From assembly GCA_041577935.1 (NCBI GenBank), contig JBFGIA010000001.1, forward strand, positions 1-58,725: a DNA stretch of 58,725 bases. The letters run 5' to 3'. Origin of the DNA: Gemmatimonadota bacterium (GTDB lineage: Bacteria > Gemmatimonadota > Gemmatimonadetes > JACCXV01 > JAHWKZ01). Both the position numbers and the translations under genes were made by a program. This document shows positions 9,790 through 19,031 of the stretch, piece by piece (position 1 is the stretch's first letter; each line of letters starts with the position of its first letter). The notes beneath the pieces were generated by a model. The model ran no database searches and was not told the DNA's origin. It worked only from the letters and a program-made list of their open reading frames with translations.

Positions 9790-9993
9790 CGGGACTCCTT
9801 CCATGCAGCAGATCAACGATCGATTCGTGGACATGTACCCCAAGCTGAGGGTACGGGTCCGGATCGACACCCGCTGAACGACTGAACTTAGCCCCGCCGG
9901 GTCGCTTGACCCACGCTTCGCGGGCCGGCACCTTTGCGCAACGATGAAACGATCCGAATTTCTTCCCGGCCCGAGAGAATCGTGAGCCGCAGC

Positions 9994-11781
9994 ATGGACG
10001 AACCGCTCCACGCCCCTTATGACGCCCACGTAGCGCGGCGGTTGCTGGCGTTTCTGGTCCCGTACCGAAAGCAGGTAGCCGGAGCGTTGGCGTTGCTGCT
10101 CGCGCTGGCGACCATCGAAGCGCTTCAGCCGTATTTGGTCAAGGTCGCCATCGATCGTTACATCGCCACCGGTGACCTGGCTGGCCTGTTCACAATCGCG
10201 CTTGTCTATCTGGGGCTGCTCGTGCTCGAGCTCGGTGTCGGCTATGGTGAAACGTATCTCACCGCTTGGGTCGGCCAGCGAGCCATGCACGATCTGCGCG
10301 AACGGTTGTTCGGGCGTCTTCAGCGATTGCCGGTGTCGTTCTTCGATCGTCAGCCGATCGGCCGGTTGGTGACACGGGTGACGTCGGACGTCGAGGTGCT
10401 GAACGAGCTCTTCTCATCTGGCGTCGTGGCGGTGCTCAGCGACGCCCTGATGTTGGTTGCGATCGCCATCATGATGTTCGCGGTCAACGCCGAGCTGGCC
10501 ATCATCACGCTGCTGGTTGTCCCGCTGGTACTCGCGATTTCGTTCCCGCTCAGACGCCGCATGCGTGACGCGGAACGCGAGATCCGACGACAGCTGGCCA
10601 GACTCAATGCCTATCTTCAGGAGCGCGTTTCGGGTTTGGTGGTCGTCCAGCTGTTCCGTCAAGAACGGACCAGCGCGGATGAGTTCGCGGACATCAACCG
10701 TGAACACCAGGCCGCGCAGCTCGCGTCTGTGCGCTACTACGCCTTGTTTTACCCGCTGATCGAGCTGGTCGGAGCGCTTGCGATCGCGCTCATCGTTTGG
10801 TACGGAGGCGGCGAAATCCTGAGAGGAGCCCTTACGTTCGGCGCGTTGGTGGCTTTTCTCCAGTACGCCCAGAAGTTCTTCCGTCCGATTCGAGATCTGG
10901 CCGAGAAGTACAACCTGCTCCAAGCGGCGATGGCTTCCGGGGAACGGCTGATCACCTTGCTCGACGAACCGCCGGCGCCGGTTCCAGCCACCAAGAGGCA
11001 ACAACTGCCACATCCACGCGGCGAGATCGTGTTTGACGACGTGTGGTTCCGATACACCGCCAATTCCTGGGTCCTGCGAGGCGTGTCGTTTGGTGTCCGA
11101 CCAGGCGAGAAGCTTGCGCTGGTGGGCCCGACCGGCTCTGGAAAAACGACCGGCGCCAGCCTCTTGTGCGGGTTCTATGAGCCCACCAAAGGCCGCATCT
11201 TGCTCGACGGACTCGACGTGCGGGAATACCCCCGCGACGAGCTCAGTCGTCGTGTCGGCCTGGTCTTACAAGACGTTTTCCTGTTCTCGAGGTCGGTGGC
11301 GGACAACGTTCATCTGGACGCCGCCGGCGTCGGCGATCGCGAGGTCGCTGCGGCCTTGGAGGCGATCGGAGCCAACGGATTCGTGGCCGAGCTGCCCGAC
11401 GGCGCCGATACCGAAGTCGGCGAGCGGGGGCGATCCCTGTCGACCGGTCAGAAGCAGCTCGTCGCGTTCGCCCGAGTCCTGGCTCATGATCCCCCGGTGC
11501 TCGTCCTGGACGAAGCGACTTCGAGCGTTGACAGCACCAGCGAGGCGCTGATCGAGAAGGCGATCGGACAGCTGATGGCTGCCCGTTCGTCGATCGTAAT
11601 CGCTCACCGGCTGTCGACGATTCGGCGTGTCGATCATATCGTCGTACTGCACAAGGGAACTGTTTGCGAGCACGGTACCCACCAAGAGCTGCTGGCTCGC
11701 GAGGGTGTTTACGCGCGCCTGTACGAGCTTCAGTTCGCTGACCAGGAGGGGCGGCGGCGCTTGGCCACCGAGCCGACTTGA
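9994..11781 (+). CDS. ABC exporter, fused permease/ATPase half-transporter (MdlB-like)
   Basis: Type I exporter TM domain, Walker A GPTGSGKTT, signature LSTGQKQL, Walker B LVLDEATS. ATG at 9994 (MDEPLHAPY) is preferred over the TTG at 9934. Confidence 0.9.
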   Translation: MDEPLHAPYDAHVARRLLAFLVPYRKQVAGALALLLALATIEALQPYLVKVAIDRYIATGDLAGLFTIALVYLGLLVLELGVGYGETYLTAWVGQRAMHDLRERLFGRLQRLPVSFFDRQPIGRLVTRVTSDVEVLNELFSSGVVAVLSDALMLVAIAIMMFAVNAELAIITLLVVPLVLAISFPLRRRMRDAEREIRRQLARLNAYLQERVSGLVVVQLFRQERTSADEFADINREHQAAQLASVRYYALFYPLIELVGALAIALIVWYGGGEILRGALTFGALVAFLQYAQKFFRPIRDLAEKYNLLQAAMASGERLITLLDEPPAPVPATKRQQLPHPRGEIVFDDVWFRYTANSWVLRGVSFGVRPGEKLALVGPTGSGKTTGASLLCGFYEPTKGRILLDGLDVREYPRDELSRRVGLVLQDVFLFSRSVADNVHLDAAGVGDREVAAALEAIGANGFVAELPDGADTEVGERGRSLSTGQKQLVAFARVLAHDPPVLVLDEATSSVDSTSEALIEKAIGQLMAARSSIVIAHRLSTIRRVDHIVVLHKGTVCEHGTHQELLAREGVYARLYELQFADQEGRRRLATEPT

Positions 11782-12869
11782 GTCCCAACTGGGAAAAATG
11801 GGCGACGGAACTGGGTGCGCGACACGTTCCCGATGCCCGATTGGGGGTGTGGGACATAACCGTCGATCGCACATCCAACGGCGAGGTGCACCTGAGCGGT
11901 GCAACGACGTCCGCCAAAGGGCTGCGGGAGCTCCAGGCCAAAGCCGCTGATCACGCTGAGGTCGACGTACAGCTCTTGCCCGAGCGGGGGCTAGAAGGTG
12001 CGATCCGCGTCGTGGCACACAGGAGCTTGGCGTACCTGCGACGCGACCCAAGTCACGCCAGCGAGATGGTGTCCCAGATGATCATGGGTGAGGAGGCGCT
12101 TGCGCTTCGCCGCAGCGCTGATTGGCTGCAGGTACAGACCAGTGACGGCTACGTGGCGTGGGTTCACCACGGCGCGTGCCTCACGTCCGACCCCGGTGAT
12201 CTTGGTGAGTATCGGGACCGGCTCGCGGTCAACCGACCCCGCGACGGATCGTGGATCGTCGTCGCTCGCGGAGCAGTGGCACGGCAGGCACCACGTCTCG
12301 AAGCGCCGATCGTGGCCGACCTTGTGCAAGGTGCGATCGTCGACGCTCGCGTCAGCAACACCGCCCTCGAGCTAACGCTCCCCGATGGCACCCGGGGGTG
12401 GATCAGAGCCGAAGCGGCGGTACGGTGCGACCGCCTGAGCGATGTTTTTCCACGCAATGGCTCAGCAATCGTCGCCCACGCCGCAACCTTCATGGGCCTC
12501 CCCTACCTGTGGGGCGGGACCTCCGAGAAGGGGTTTGACTGCTCGGGTCTCGTTCAGCGAGTCTACGCACTCCACGGGGTGCGCCTACCGCGCGACGCGG
12601 ATCAGCAATCCGTGATCGGAGCCGAGATCGACCCCGGCGCCGGTTGGAGTGCGATCCACGACGGAGATTTGGCTTTTTTTGTCGAGCCGCCCGGCGAGCG
12701 CGTGACTCACGTCGGGATTCTGACCACCGGCGGGCAGATGGTGCATGCGTCAACGACCCACAACGGGGTCGCGTGGGATACGCTCAACCCGGCGGATCCG
12801 ATGCAGTCGGAGTTTGGGAATCGTCTGGCGAGCTGGCTCGTTGGTGTGCGGCGCGTGCTGGAGCGCTAG
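11778..12869 (+). CDS. NlpC/P60 (C40) peptidase with SH3b-like N-terminal domains, no signal peptide
   Basis: Catalytic region GLPYLWGGTSEKGFDCSGLVQRVY ... HVGIL. The TTG start overlaps the TGA of the ABC gene (TTGA). Confidence 0.85.
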   Translation: MSPNWEKWATELGARHVPDARLGVWDITVDRTSNGEVHLSGATTSAKGLRELQAKAADHAEVDVQLLPERGLEGAIRVVAHRSLAYLRRDPSHASEMVSQMIMGEEALALRRSADWLQVQTSDGYVAWVHHGACLTSDPGDLGEYRDRLAVNRPRDGSWIVVARGAVARQAPRLEAPIVADLVQGAIVDARVSNTALELTLPDGTRGWIRAEAAVRCDRLSDVFPRNGSAIVAHAATFMGLPYLWGGTSEKGFDCSGLVQRVYALHGVRLPRDADQQSVIGAEIDPGAGWSAIHDGDLAFFVEPPGERVTHVGILTTGGQMVHASTTHNGVAWDTLNPADPMQSEFGNRLASWLVGVRRVLER

Positions 12870-13390
12870 TCGTCCGACTCCGGGATTATCGAAACGAACC
12901 TCGTACCCGCCAGCTGGTAGCGGAAGTCGCACCGACCCCCACGGTTGTGATTGATCAACGCACGAAGATCGGGAGACCGCACGACGTACAGACCCTCGAA
13001 CCCATCGCGGTCGAAGTCAGCAGCCAGCGTATAGGTAATGATGTCCAGCGAGTCCGCCGGGGTTGCGCGCGCCAGGATAGAGTCGGGTAGCGAAACGGGC
13101 TGGTCGACCCGCATCGAGACTTCGACGTGATCACCGACAAACTCACCCTCGAGCTCGACGATTGGATTCATCTTGATCGTCGTCTTGTTGGTCGTCAACT
13201 GAATCACGTCCATGATGAACCCAGTCATTACCGGTGGTCCGTCGGCGTCGACGCAATCGGTCGACGACTGCACAATCCGAGTGGCGTATTTCCCGGTCCA
13301 ATTGGAGGATGGGAACTCCTCGGCGCCCGAGCCACAGGCGACCAGCAGGCCCATACAGAGAGGCGGGATCGTGATCGAGAGGCGTGGCAT
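12866..13390 (-). CDS. lipoprotein, unknown function
   Basis: ATG at 13390 gives MPRLSITIPPLCMGLLVACGSG (lipobox). It lies 2 nt downstream of the methyltransferase stop. Confidence 0.55.
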   Translation of the reverse strand: MPRLSITIPPLCMGLLVACGSGAEEFPSSNWTGKYATRIVQSSTDCVDADGPPVMTGFIMDVIQLTTNKTTIKMNPIVELEGEFVGDHVEVSMRVDQPVSLPDSILARATPADSLDIITYTLAADFDRDGFEGLYVVRSPDLRALINHNRGGRCDFRYQLAGTRFVSIIPESDD

Positions 13391-13392
13391 TT

Positions 13393-14172
13393 TCACTTGA
13401 CCGGCTTTCGAATCTCGACGTTGACTTCGGCCGCCAACGCGGGAAGCCGGCGCCCTGCTCTGCGATTGATGAGATAAAACCAGCGATAATCCTCCAGCGG
13501 CAACCACTTACGCGCTGAAATCAACCGAAAACCCCGGATCGCACTGACCGAGTAGGGACTCAACAGCTCGTTCAGCGAGCGCATTGAAAAAAAGTGGCAA
13601 TGAGCTCGGGCGCGTTTCCGACCCCGGTGGCGGAAGCGCGCGCGAGCCAACCTGGCGACCAACCCCAAATGCATGGGAACGCCGAGGATCAGCAAGCCGC
13701 CGGGGCGCAACACGCGCATCCAATCCTCCAGCGCTGCGTGCGCATGCTCCAGGTGCTCTAAGACATGGCTGGCGATGACGACGTCGAAAGAGTCCGCACC
13801 CATGGGAAGCGGACCCTTCTCGAGATCGTGATCGTCGATGATTCGGTCGTAGCCCAATTGTCTGCAGAGTTCGACCCGGTCCGGGTTGATCTCGATCCCC
13901 GTCCAGCGGGCTACCACACCGGCATGATCGATAAAGCGCTTGGCCAGTCCGGTTCCAGACCCGACGTCCAGGATCTCTAGAACCTCGCCCGATCGCGCCA
14001 GGTCACGCACCGCGGGGACCATATCCTGATAACGAGCGCATCGCAGCTCATAACGCCGGTAGGCGGGGACCACGTCGAACGCCAACACCGGGCGGCGGGG
14101 TGTGCGATAGAGATGCTCTGTGACACCGATTGCGGCGTTCCTATTCAACATGGAATCAGGGAGTTTGGGCAA
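13393..14172 (-). CDS. class I SAM-dependent methyltransferase
   Basis: Motif I ILDVGSGTGLA and post-I/II region VIASHVLEHL. Confidence 0.8.
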   Translation of the reverse strand: MPKLPDSMLNRNAAIGVTEHLYRTPRRPVLAFDVVPAYRRYELRCARYQDMVPAVRDLARSGEVLEILDVGSGTGLAKRFIDHAGVVARWTGIEINPDRVELCRQLGYDRIIDDHDLEKGPLPMGADSFDVVIASHVLEHLEHAHAALEDWMRVLRPGGLLILGVPMHLGLVARLARARFRHRGRKRARAHCHFFSMRSLNELLSPYSVSAIRGFRLISARKWLPLEDYRWFYLINRRAGRRLPALAAEVNVEIRKPVK

Positions 14173-14224
14173 CGTCGATCGCTAGGTTGACAAACCTAGT
14201 TCAGCCCCACTTAGCGGGAAAGAC

Positions 14225-14731
14225 TTACGGTGAGCCGCCGGTTGGCACAATCAAAGCGACAATTGACCGCTCGCCGCGAGCCAGCGGGTAGGCGACAACG
14301 ATCGTCTCGTCGAAGCGCGAGATCATTTCCTTGACAAACGCTTCTTCGCCGCCGTCGACTTCGACACGCAGAAACATCCGGTCACCGCGGGGCTCCTTGA
14401 GAACTCCATTCACCCGCACGGTCACATCGCCCAACTGGATAACCGGGGTCTCGCGGCCGGGGAGGATCGTCACTTCGTCCAACCGCCGGACCTCGCCGGT
14501 AGCGAGTAGCTCCCGCAAGCGCGTCGCACCCTCGCCCTCGCGCCAGACTTCGTTGAGGCGCCGGATCTCGACATCCCTCGGCGCTCCGTCCTCAGCCAAG
14601 AACAGTATCACCCGATACGACCGCGAAGCGCGGTCGGTCGGTTCCTGGGCCATCGCAGTCACAGCGAGTGACGCCGTCGCCACCAAAGCCAGCGACAGTG
14701 AGACAGTCGAACGCGGTAGGTATGTCAGCAT
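14225..14731 (-). CDS. secreted hypothetical protein (168 aa)
   Basis: ATG at 14731 is preceded by GAGGAGGGG. Signal peptide MLTYLPRSTVSLSLALVATASLAVTAMAQE. Confidence 0.5.
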   Translation of the reverse strand: MLTYLPRSTVSLSLALVATASLAVTAMAQEPTDRASRSYRVILFLAEDGAPRDVEIRRLNEVWREGEGATRLRELLATGEVRRLDEVTILPGRETPVIQLGDVTVRVNGVLKEPRGDRMFLRVEVDGGEEAFVKEMISRFDETIVVAYPLARGERSIVALIVPTGGSP

Positions 14732-14737
14732 AGAAAA

Positions 14738-14773
14738 CCCCTCCTCGAGCGGAATGTACCACCCGAGGAGGGG
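14738..14773 (-). terminator. 10-bp perfect GC-rich hairpin + U-tract; its 3' arm contains the RBS of the downstream gene
   Basis: Minus-strand RNA: CCCCUCCUCG-(16 nt)-CGAGGAGGGG-UUUUCU-AUG. The arms are at 14764..14773 and 14738..14747. Confidence 0.6.
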
Positions 14774-14789
14774 AAGGGTTCCGTGGACC

Positions 14790-16196
14790 TTATTCGGTCG
14801 GGGCGAAGCCGCTCGGAGCGGGCACCGGCTGTGAAGCCGGGCGCTCGGGGGTTTCCCCGTTGCCCCAGTTGTAGCGGGTCCCAAAGCGGGTCAGCAGGAA
14901 CAACCCGAAACCGATCGTCAAGGCGGCGAACTGAATCACGATCCCGATCACCATCAGGATCACGCCAAAGACCCCAAACGGTCCCCCGATCAACCCGAGG
15001 GCGCTGCCAAAGAGCAGCAACACGCTGAGAAAACCAACACCGACCAGAATCGAAAGGTACGGGTTGGTGTGCTCCCACCCGAACCGACGCTCGGCTTCAT
15101 GCCCGACGTACTTGGCGACGGCAACGAAACCCAGCAGGATCCCGATCTTCAACGCCAGCAGCGCAAATGGGATGACGAGCAGCAATGGGATACCGATAAT
15201 CGAGATGGCGAGAATGACCACCGTCAGGACCAACACCGGGATGAGCAGCAGCCACGCGACCAACCCGATGGCGGTGGCCTTCCACGCCGAAGTCGCCATC
15301 CGGTACTCCATCCGTTCGATCGGGCCGCGCCCAAGCAGGAACAACAGGGCGACGATGAACGCCAGAAAGGCGATCCACAGCACGGTCCCGATCAACCCAC
15401 CGATATTCCCGATTATCGGGCTGAAGCCCCACTGGGGGTGGATATCGATATTCGGTCCAAAGGCGACCTCATTGACGGCGCCATGAACGACCGCCCCAGG
15501 CGCCCGATGGATCGTGCCACCGACCGAGGTTACCTCGCCTTCGACCACCGCGTTTGGGCCCAACCGGACCGAGCCGCCGACCGCGACGACCGAGCCATCC
15601 ACATGACCATCCACGCGGGCCGAGCCGCCGACCGCCACCACATCCCCTTCGACGTGCCTGCCAGCTGGAACGTTGACGCTTCCGCCGACGCGGACCTGGT
15701 CGCCTTCCTCGCTGATGAACGTGGCGCCCTCATGGTCCTCGTCATCCTGCGCCTCATCTGCTTCACCGGTCGCTCCGGCTGCGGTCTCGTCGATGGCCGC
15801 CGCATCGGTCGTCGGTGGCGGGCCGATCCCGAACAGGACGCGACGCGTGGTCGTGTCCATAAACGAGAGTCGCGTGATATCCTGGGCGTCGTCGCCGATG
15901 CGCTCGGTCAACTCGGCGCCAGTCACCGGTTCTCCATCGATGCCGATGGAGCCATTTGCCAACTCGATCGACTGCACATCCGTGCGGTATCTGGGCATCA
16001 GCACGACGCCGTTCTGAATGGGCAACACCTGGTACCGGCGCTCGACCCGGTCCCGTAGCTCACCCAACGTGGGTGCAACTTCCTGCGCCGCGGATCCCGC
16101 GGTCGCCTGCGCCAGACTGACCGGAGCGAAGCTCAACATGAGCAACGTTCCAAGCGTCAGGGCGCGCCAGAGATTCGTCGACGCGATCATCACCAT
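14790..16196 (-). CDS. membrane protein: periplasmic beta-helical (bactofilin-like repeat) domain + polytopic C-terminal domain
   Basis: Signal peptide, repeats VRVGGSVNVPAGRHVEGDVVAVGGSARVDGHVDGSVVAVGGSVRLGPNAVVEGEVTSVGGTIH, then about 6 TM helices. Third gene of the ECF sigma operon. Confidence 0.6.
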   Translation of the reverse strand: MVMIASTNLWRALTLGTLLMLSFAPVSLAQATAGSAAQEVAPTLGELRDRVERRYQVLPIQNGVVLMPRYRTDVQSIELANGSIGIDGEPVTGAELTERIGDDAQDITRLSFMDTTTRRVLFGIGPPPTTDAAAIDETAAGATGEADEAQDDEDHEGATFISEEGDQVRVGGSVNVPAGRHVEGDVVAVGGSARVDGHVDGSVVAVGGSVRLGPNAVVEGEVTSVGGTIHRAPGAVVHGAVNEVAFGPNIDIHPQWGFSPIIGNIGGLIGTVLWIAFLAFIVALLFLLGRGPIERMEYRMATSAWKATAIGLVAWLLLIPVLVLTVVILAISIIGIPLLLVIPFALLALKIGILLGFVAVAKYVGHEAERRFGWEHTNPYLSILVGVGFLSVLLLFGSALGLIGGPFGVFGVILMVIGIVIQFAALTIGFGLFLLTRFGTRYNWGNGETPERPASQPVPAPSGFAPTE

Positions 16197-16711
16197 GTTC
16201 TCCTCTCGAAAGCCAACAGACGATTCAGACTATAGAGCGCGGAAACACCGATCAGCATGCTCGCCAGCAGTAGTAACGCAACCTGCGGCGTCGCCACCGC
16301 GACCTGGAGTGCGGTTCCGATCCGGGCCAAGAGCCCCCAAAGCGCGAGCCCCGCCGCCAGCCACTCGCCGATCCAAACCAAGGCGCCGGCGCCGGTCCTC
16401 AAGACCTCGCCAAAGCTCGGCGCATCGATCGGCAACCACTGTACGAGCGGCAGCAGCCCGGTGGCCGTGCCAACCAGCGTCACAGCGGCCACGACGGCGG
16501 CTTTCCAACACCACGCACCGAGCGCCACTTGCGGCGCTGGCGCCGGTTGGATCGCCCACAGCACCCGCTCGGCGAAGCCGGCTGACGGCGTCAGCCGGGG
16601 CGCTGAGGCGAGCAGTGTGCCAAACGCATGCTCGGCCTGGCGCTCGTCGCCCGCTGCCTCAGCCGCGAGCCAGCGCTTCAGGTCGTTCTGGAGTCTCCGC
16701 ATCATCTTCAT
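16190..16711 (-). CDS. putative anti-sigma factor (membrane protein)
   Basis: Position immediately downstream of the ECF sigma gene. Short cytoplasmic N-terminus then TM helices. No zf-HC2 motif, so the call rests on context. Confidence 0.45.
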   Translation of the reverse strand: MKMMRRLQNDLKRWLAAEAAGDERQAEHAFGTLLASAPRLTPSAGFAERVLWAIQPAPAPQVALGAWCWKAAVVAAVTLVGTATGLLPLVQWLPIDAPSFGEVLRTGAGALVWIGEWLAAGLALWGLLARIGTALQVAVATPQVALLLLASMLIGVSALYSLNRLLAFERRTW

Positions 16712-16725
16712 TCTCCTATCTGGCC

Positions 16726-17448
16726 CTACGCTGGGCCGGGGGGCTGGGTTTCAGCCGCCGCGCGGAGCGTCGGGGGCCCTGAGGGGCCCCAGCCGGCGGC
16801 CGAGAGGTCGCCCGCCAGCTCCTTGCGCGCCCGGTGGAGGTACGTCTTGACCGTCCCCAGGGGCAACCCCATGATCTCGGCGATCTCCTCGTACGCAAGG
16901 CCTTCCTGGTGACGCAACACCATCGCCTCGCGGTAATCGGGCCGGAGGCGATCGATCGCCGCCGAAAGCGCCGTCGCCAGATCGGTCTGGACCATCGAGT
17001 CGAGCGGTGAGTGAGCCGCTGGGTCTGGGGTCGTCGACGCGTAGTCGGGCTCGTCCTCGCTACCGGCTTCCAATGAAACGGTATCGATAGCTCGCCGTCG
17101 CAGCTGGTCGATAGCGGTGTTGTGGGCGATCTTGAACAGCCAGTTCGAGAACTTCCCCTGTTCTGGCTGGTACGTGTCGAGACGGCTGAACGCTTTGACG
17201 AACGCGTCCTGCGAGAGGTCCTCGGCCAACGTCCGATCGTGCACCATGCGGGCAACGAGGTTGAACACGGGGCGCTCGAAGCGATGCACAATTTCCCTGA
17301 ACGCGCTCTGCGACCCCGCAAGCGCCTCGACCACGAGTTGCTCATCCGCTATGCCCACGTGCACCCCGTACGGAGCGTTCCGCTCACCGGTTTCGGCGTT
17401 GGAAACTGATCGCGACAAGGCGACCCGGGTGCGATCGATGTTCGACAC
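16726..17448 (-). CDS. ECF-type RNA polymerase sigma-70 family factor
   Basis: Region 2 (AFREIVHRFERPVFNLVARMV...AEDLSQDAFVKAF) and region 4 (REAMVLRHQEGLAYEEIAEIMGLPLGTVKTYLHRARKEL). GTG at 17448 has GGAG 5 nt upstream. Alternative GTGs lie at 17364 and 17358. Confidence 0.85.
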   Translation of the reverse strand: MSNIDRTRVALSRSVSNAETGERNAPYGVHVGIADEQLVVEALAGSQSAFREIVHRFERPVFNLVARMVHDRTLAEDLSQDAFVKAFSRLDTYQPEQGKFSNWLFKIAHNTAIDQLRRRAIDTVSLEAGSEDEPDYASTTPDPAAHSPLDSMVQTDLATALSAAIDRLRPDYREAMVLRHQEGLAYEEIAEIMGLPLGTVKTYLHRARKELAGDLSAAGWGPSGPPTLRAAAETQPPGPA

Positions 17449-18100
17449 GATCGCTCCGCGCTACGACTTGTTCAACGATGTTCTGTCGGCCGGCGTCCAT
17501 CGACTCTGGCGGGCGGACGCGATCGACGCGCTGGCTCCGATACCCGGCGGTCGATACCTCGACCTCTGCGCTGGCACTCTCGACCTCGCCCGGGCGGTCG
17601 CTGCACGCGCCCCCGGCGCGGTAGCCGTAGGCCTCGACTTCTCGTTGCCGATGCTGCAACGCGGTACCGGCAAGTTGGATCATCACCGAGCGGTGCTCCC
17701 GGTGGCCGCGGATGCGCTGGCACTGCCCGTGACCGATAGCGTTTTTGCCGGCTGCACGATCGGCTTTGGGCTCCGCAACCTGGTCGACTTCGAGGCCGGA
17801 TTGTCGGAGATGCACCGCGTCCTCGAGCCCGGCGGGAGGCTGGTGGTGCTCGAGTTCACAACGCCACCGGGCAAGCTCTTTCGGACCCTCTATCACGGCT
17901 ACTTTCACCACCTCCTGCCGCGCGCCGGGGCGCTGATCGCGGGAGACGCCAACGCCGCTCGCTACTTGCCCGACTCGGTGGCCGACTTCCCCGACTGCGA
18001 GGCCTTATCGGATATGCTAACCAACGTCGGCTTCTCGCGCGTCCGCTTTCGTCTGCTGAGTCGCGGCATCGCTGCGCTTCACACTGGAGTCAAGGAGTAG
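17399..18100 (+). CDS. ubiE: demethylmenaquinone/ubiquinone C-methyltransferase (UbiE/MenG family)
   Basis: DKATRVRSMFDTIAPRYDLFNDVLSAGVHRLWR, motif I YLDLCAGTLDL, and GGRLVVLEF. The start is ambiguous: ATG 17351, TTG 17399, GTG 17429 or ATG 17438. Confidence 0.85.
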   Translation: METDRDKATRVRSMFDTIAPRYDLFNDVLSAGVHRLWRADAIDALAPIPGGRYLDLCAGTLDLARAVAARAPGAVAVGLDFSLPMLQRGTGKLDHHRAVLPVAADALALPVTDSVFAGCTIGFGLRNLVDFEAGLSEMHRVLEPGGRLVVLEFTTPPGKLFRTLYHGYFHHLLPRAGALIAGDANAARYLPDSVADFPDCEALSDMLTNVGFSRVRFRLLSRGIAALHTGVKE

Positions 18101-18101
18101 A

Positions 18102-19025
18102 ATGGCCGCATCAGACGAAAGACCCGTTCACCTGATCGGAGTACCGATCGACCTCGGCGCCGGGCGACGCGGTGTAGACATGGGTCCTTCCGCGCTGCGG
18201 ATCGCGGGGTTGTGCAATCGATTGATTCGTCTCGGATATGATGTTACCGACACCGGCGACGTGGCGGTGAGGATCCCCGAGTCCGCCGATGCCGGGTCTG
18301 AGCGAGCACGCTTCAGGGACGAGATTGCGGGCACCAATCGGGCACTGGCCGAGCGCGTCGCGGCCTCACTCGAAGCCGGCGCACTGCCGATTGTGCTCGG
18401 CGGCGACCACTCGCTATCGATTGGCTCGATCGCCGGTGCCGCGTCGTGGGCCGCGCGAGAAGGCGACGACCTGGGACTGTTGTGGTTCGACGCCCACGCC
18501 GACATGAACACCCCTGACACCACGATGAGCGGCAACGTCCACGGCATGGGTCTGGCCGCGTCGCTCGGATACGGCGACCCTGTCTTGACCGAGCTTGGCG
18601 GGCCGACCCCCAAGGTCAAACCCGATAAGGTCGCGTTGATCGGCGCGCGCGACGTCGATCCCGGTGAGCGGGGGATGGTCCGCGAATCGGGAATCCGTGT
18701 GTTTACGATGCGTGAGATCGACGAGAAAGGGATCGTCCGCGTGCTCGAGGAGGCGCTGGCGATCGTGGGTCATGGCACCCTCGGTTTCCACGTGTCATGG
18801 GACATGGACTTCGTCGATCCCAACTATGCGCCGGGGGTCGGGACGCCGGTCATCGGCGGTGTCAATTATCGCGAGGGACACCTGGCGCTAGAGCTGGTGA
18901 GTGACGGTGGCGGAATGGTGAGCATGGATTGCGTCGAAACGAACCCGATCTTGGACGATCGCAACCGCACCGGGGCACTCGGCGTGGAGCTCATCCTGTC
19001 GGCGCTGGGCAAGTCGATCCTGTAG
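18102..19025 (+). CDS. rocF: arginase
   Basis: Collinear with Bacillus RocF: GRRGVDMGPSALR, LGGDHSLSIGS, FDAHADMNTP, HVSWDMDFVDPNYAPGVGTPVIGGVNYREGHLA, ETNPILD. Confidence 0.9.
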   Translation: MAASDERPVHLIGVPIDLGAGRRGVDMGPSALRIAGLCNRLIRLGYDVTDTGDVAVRIPESADAGSERARFRDEIAGTNRALAERVAASLEAGALPIVLGGDHSLSIGSIAGAASWAAREGDDLGLLWFDAHADMNTPDTTMSGNVHGMGLAASLGYGDPVLTELGGPTPKVKPDKVALIGARDVDPGERGMVRESGIRVFTMREIDEKGIVRVLEEALAIVGHGTLGFHVSWDMDFVDPNYAPGVGTPVIGGVNYREGHLALELVSDGGGMVSMDCVETNPILDDRNRTGALGVELILSALGKSIL

Positions 19026-19031
19026 CAGACC

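Noticed and set aside
14183-14200. Inverted repeat CTAGGTT-GACA-AACCTAG between two minus-strand genes as a regulatory operator or terminator
   Set aside because: The stem is only 7 bp and AT-containing, with no U-tract. It cannot be distinguished from chance. I noted it but did not call it.
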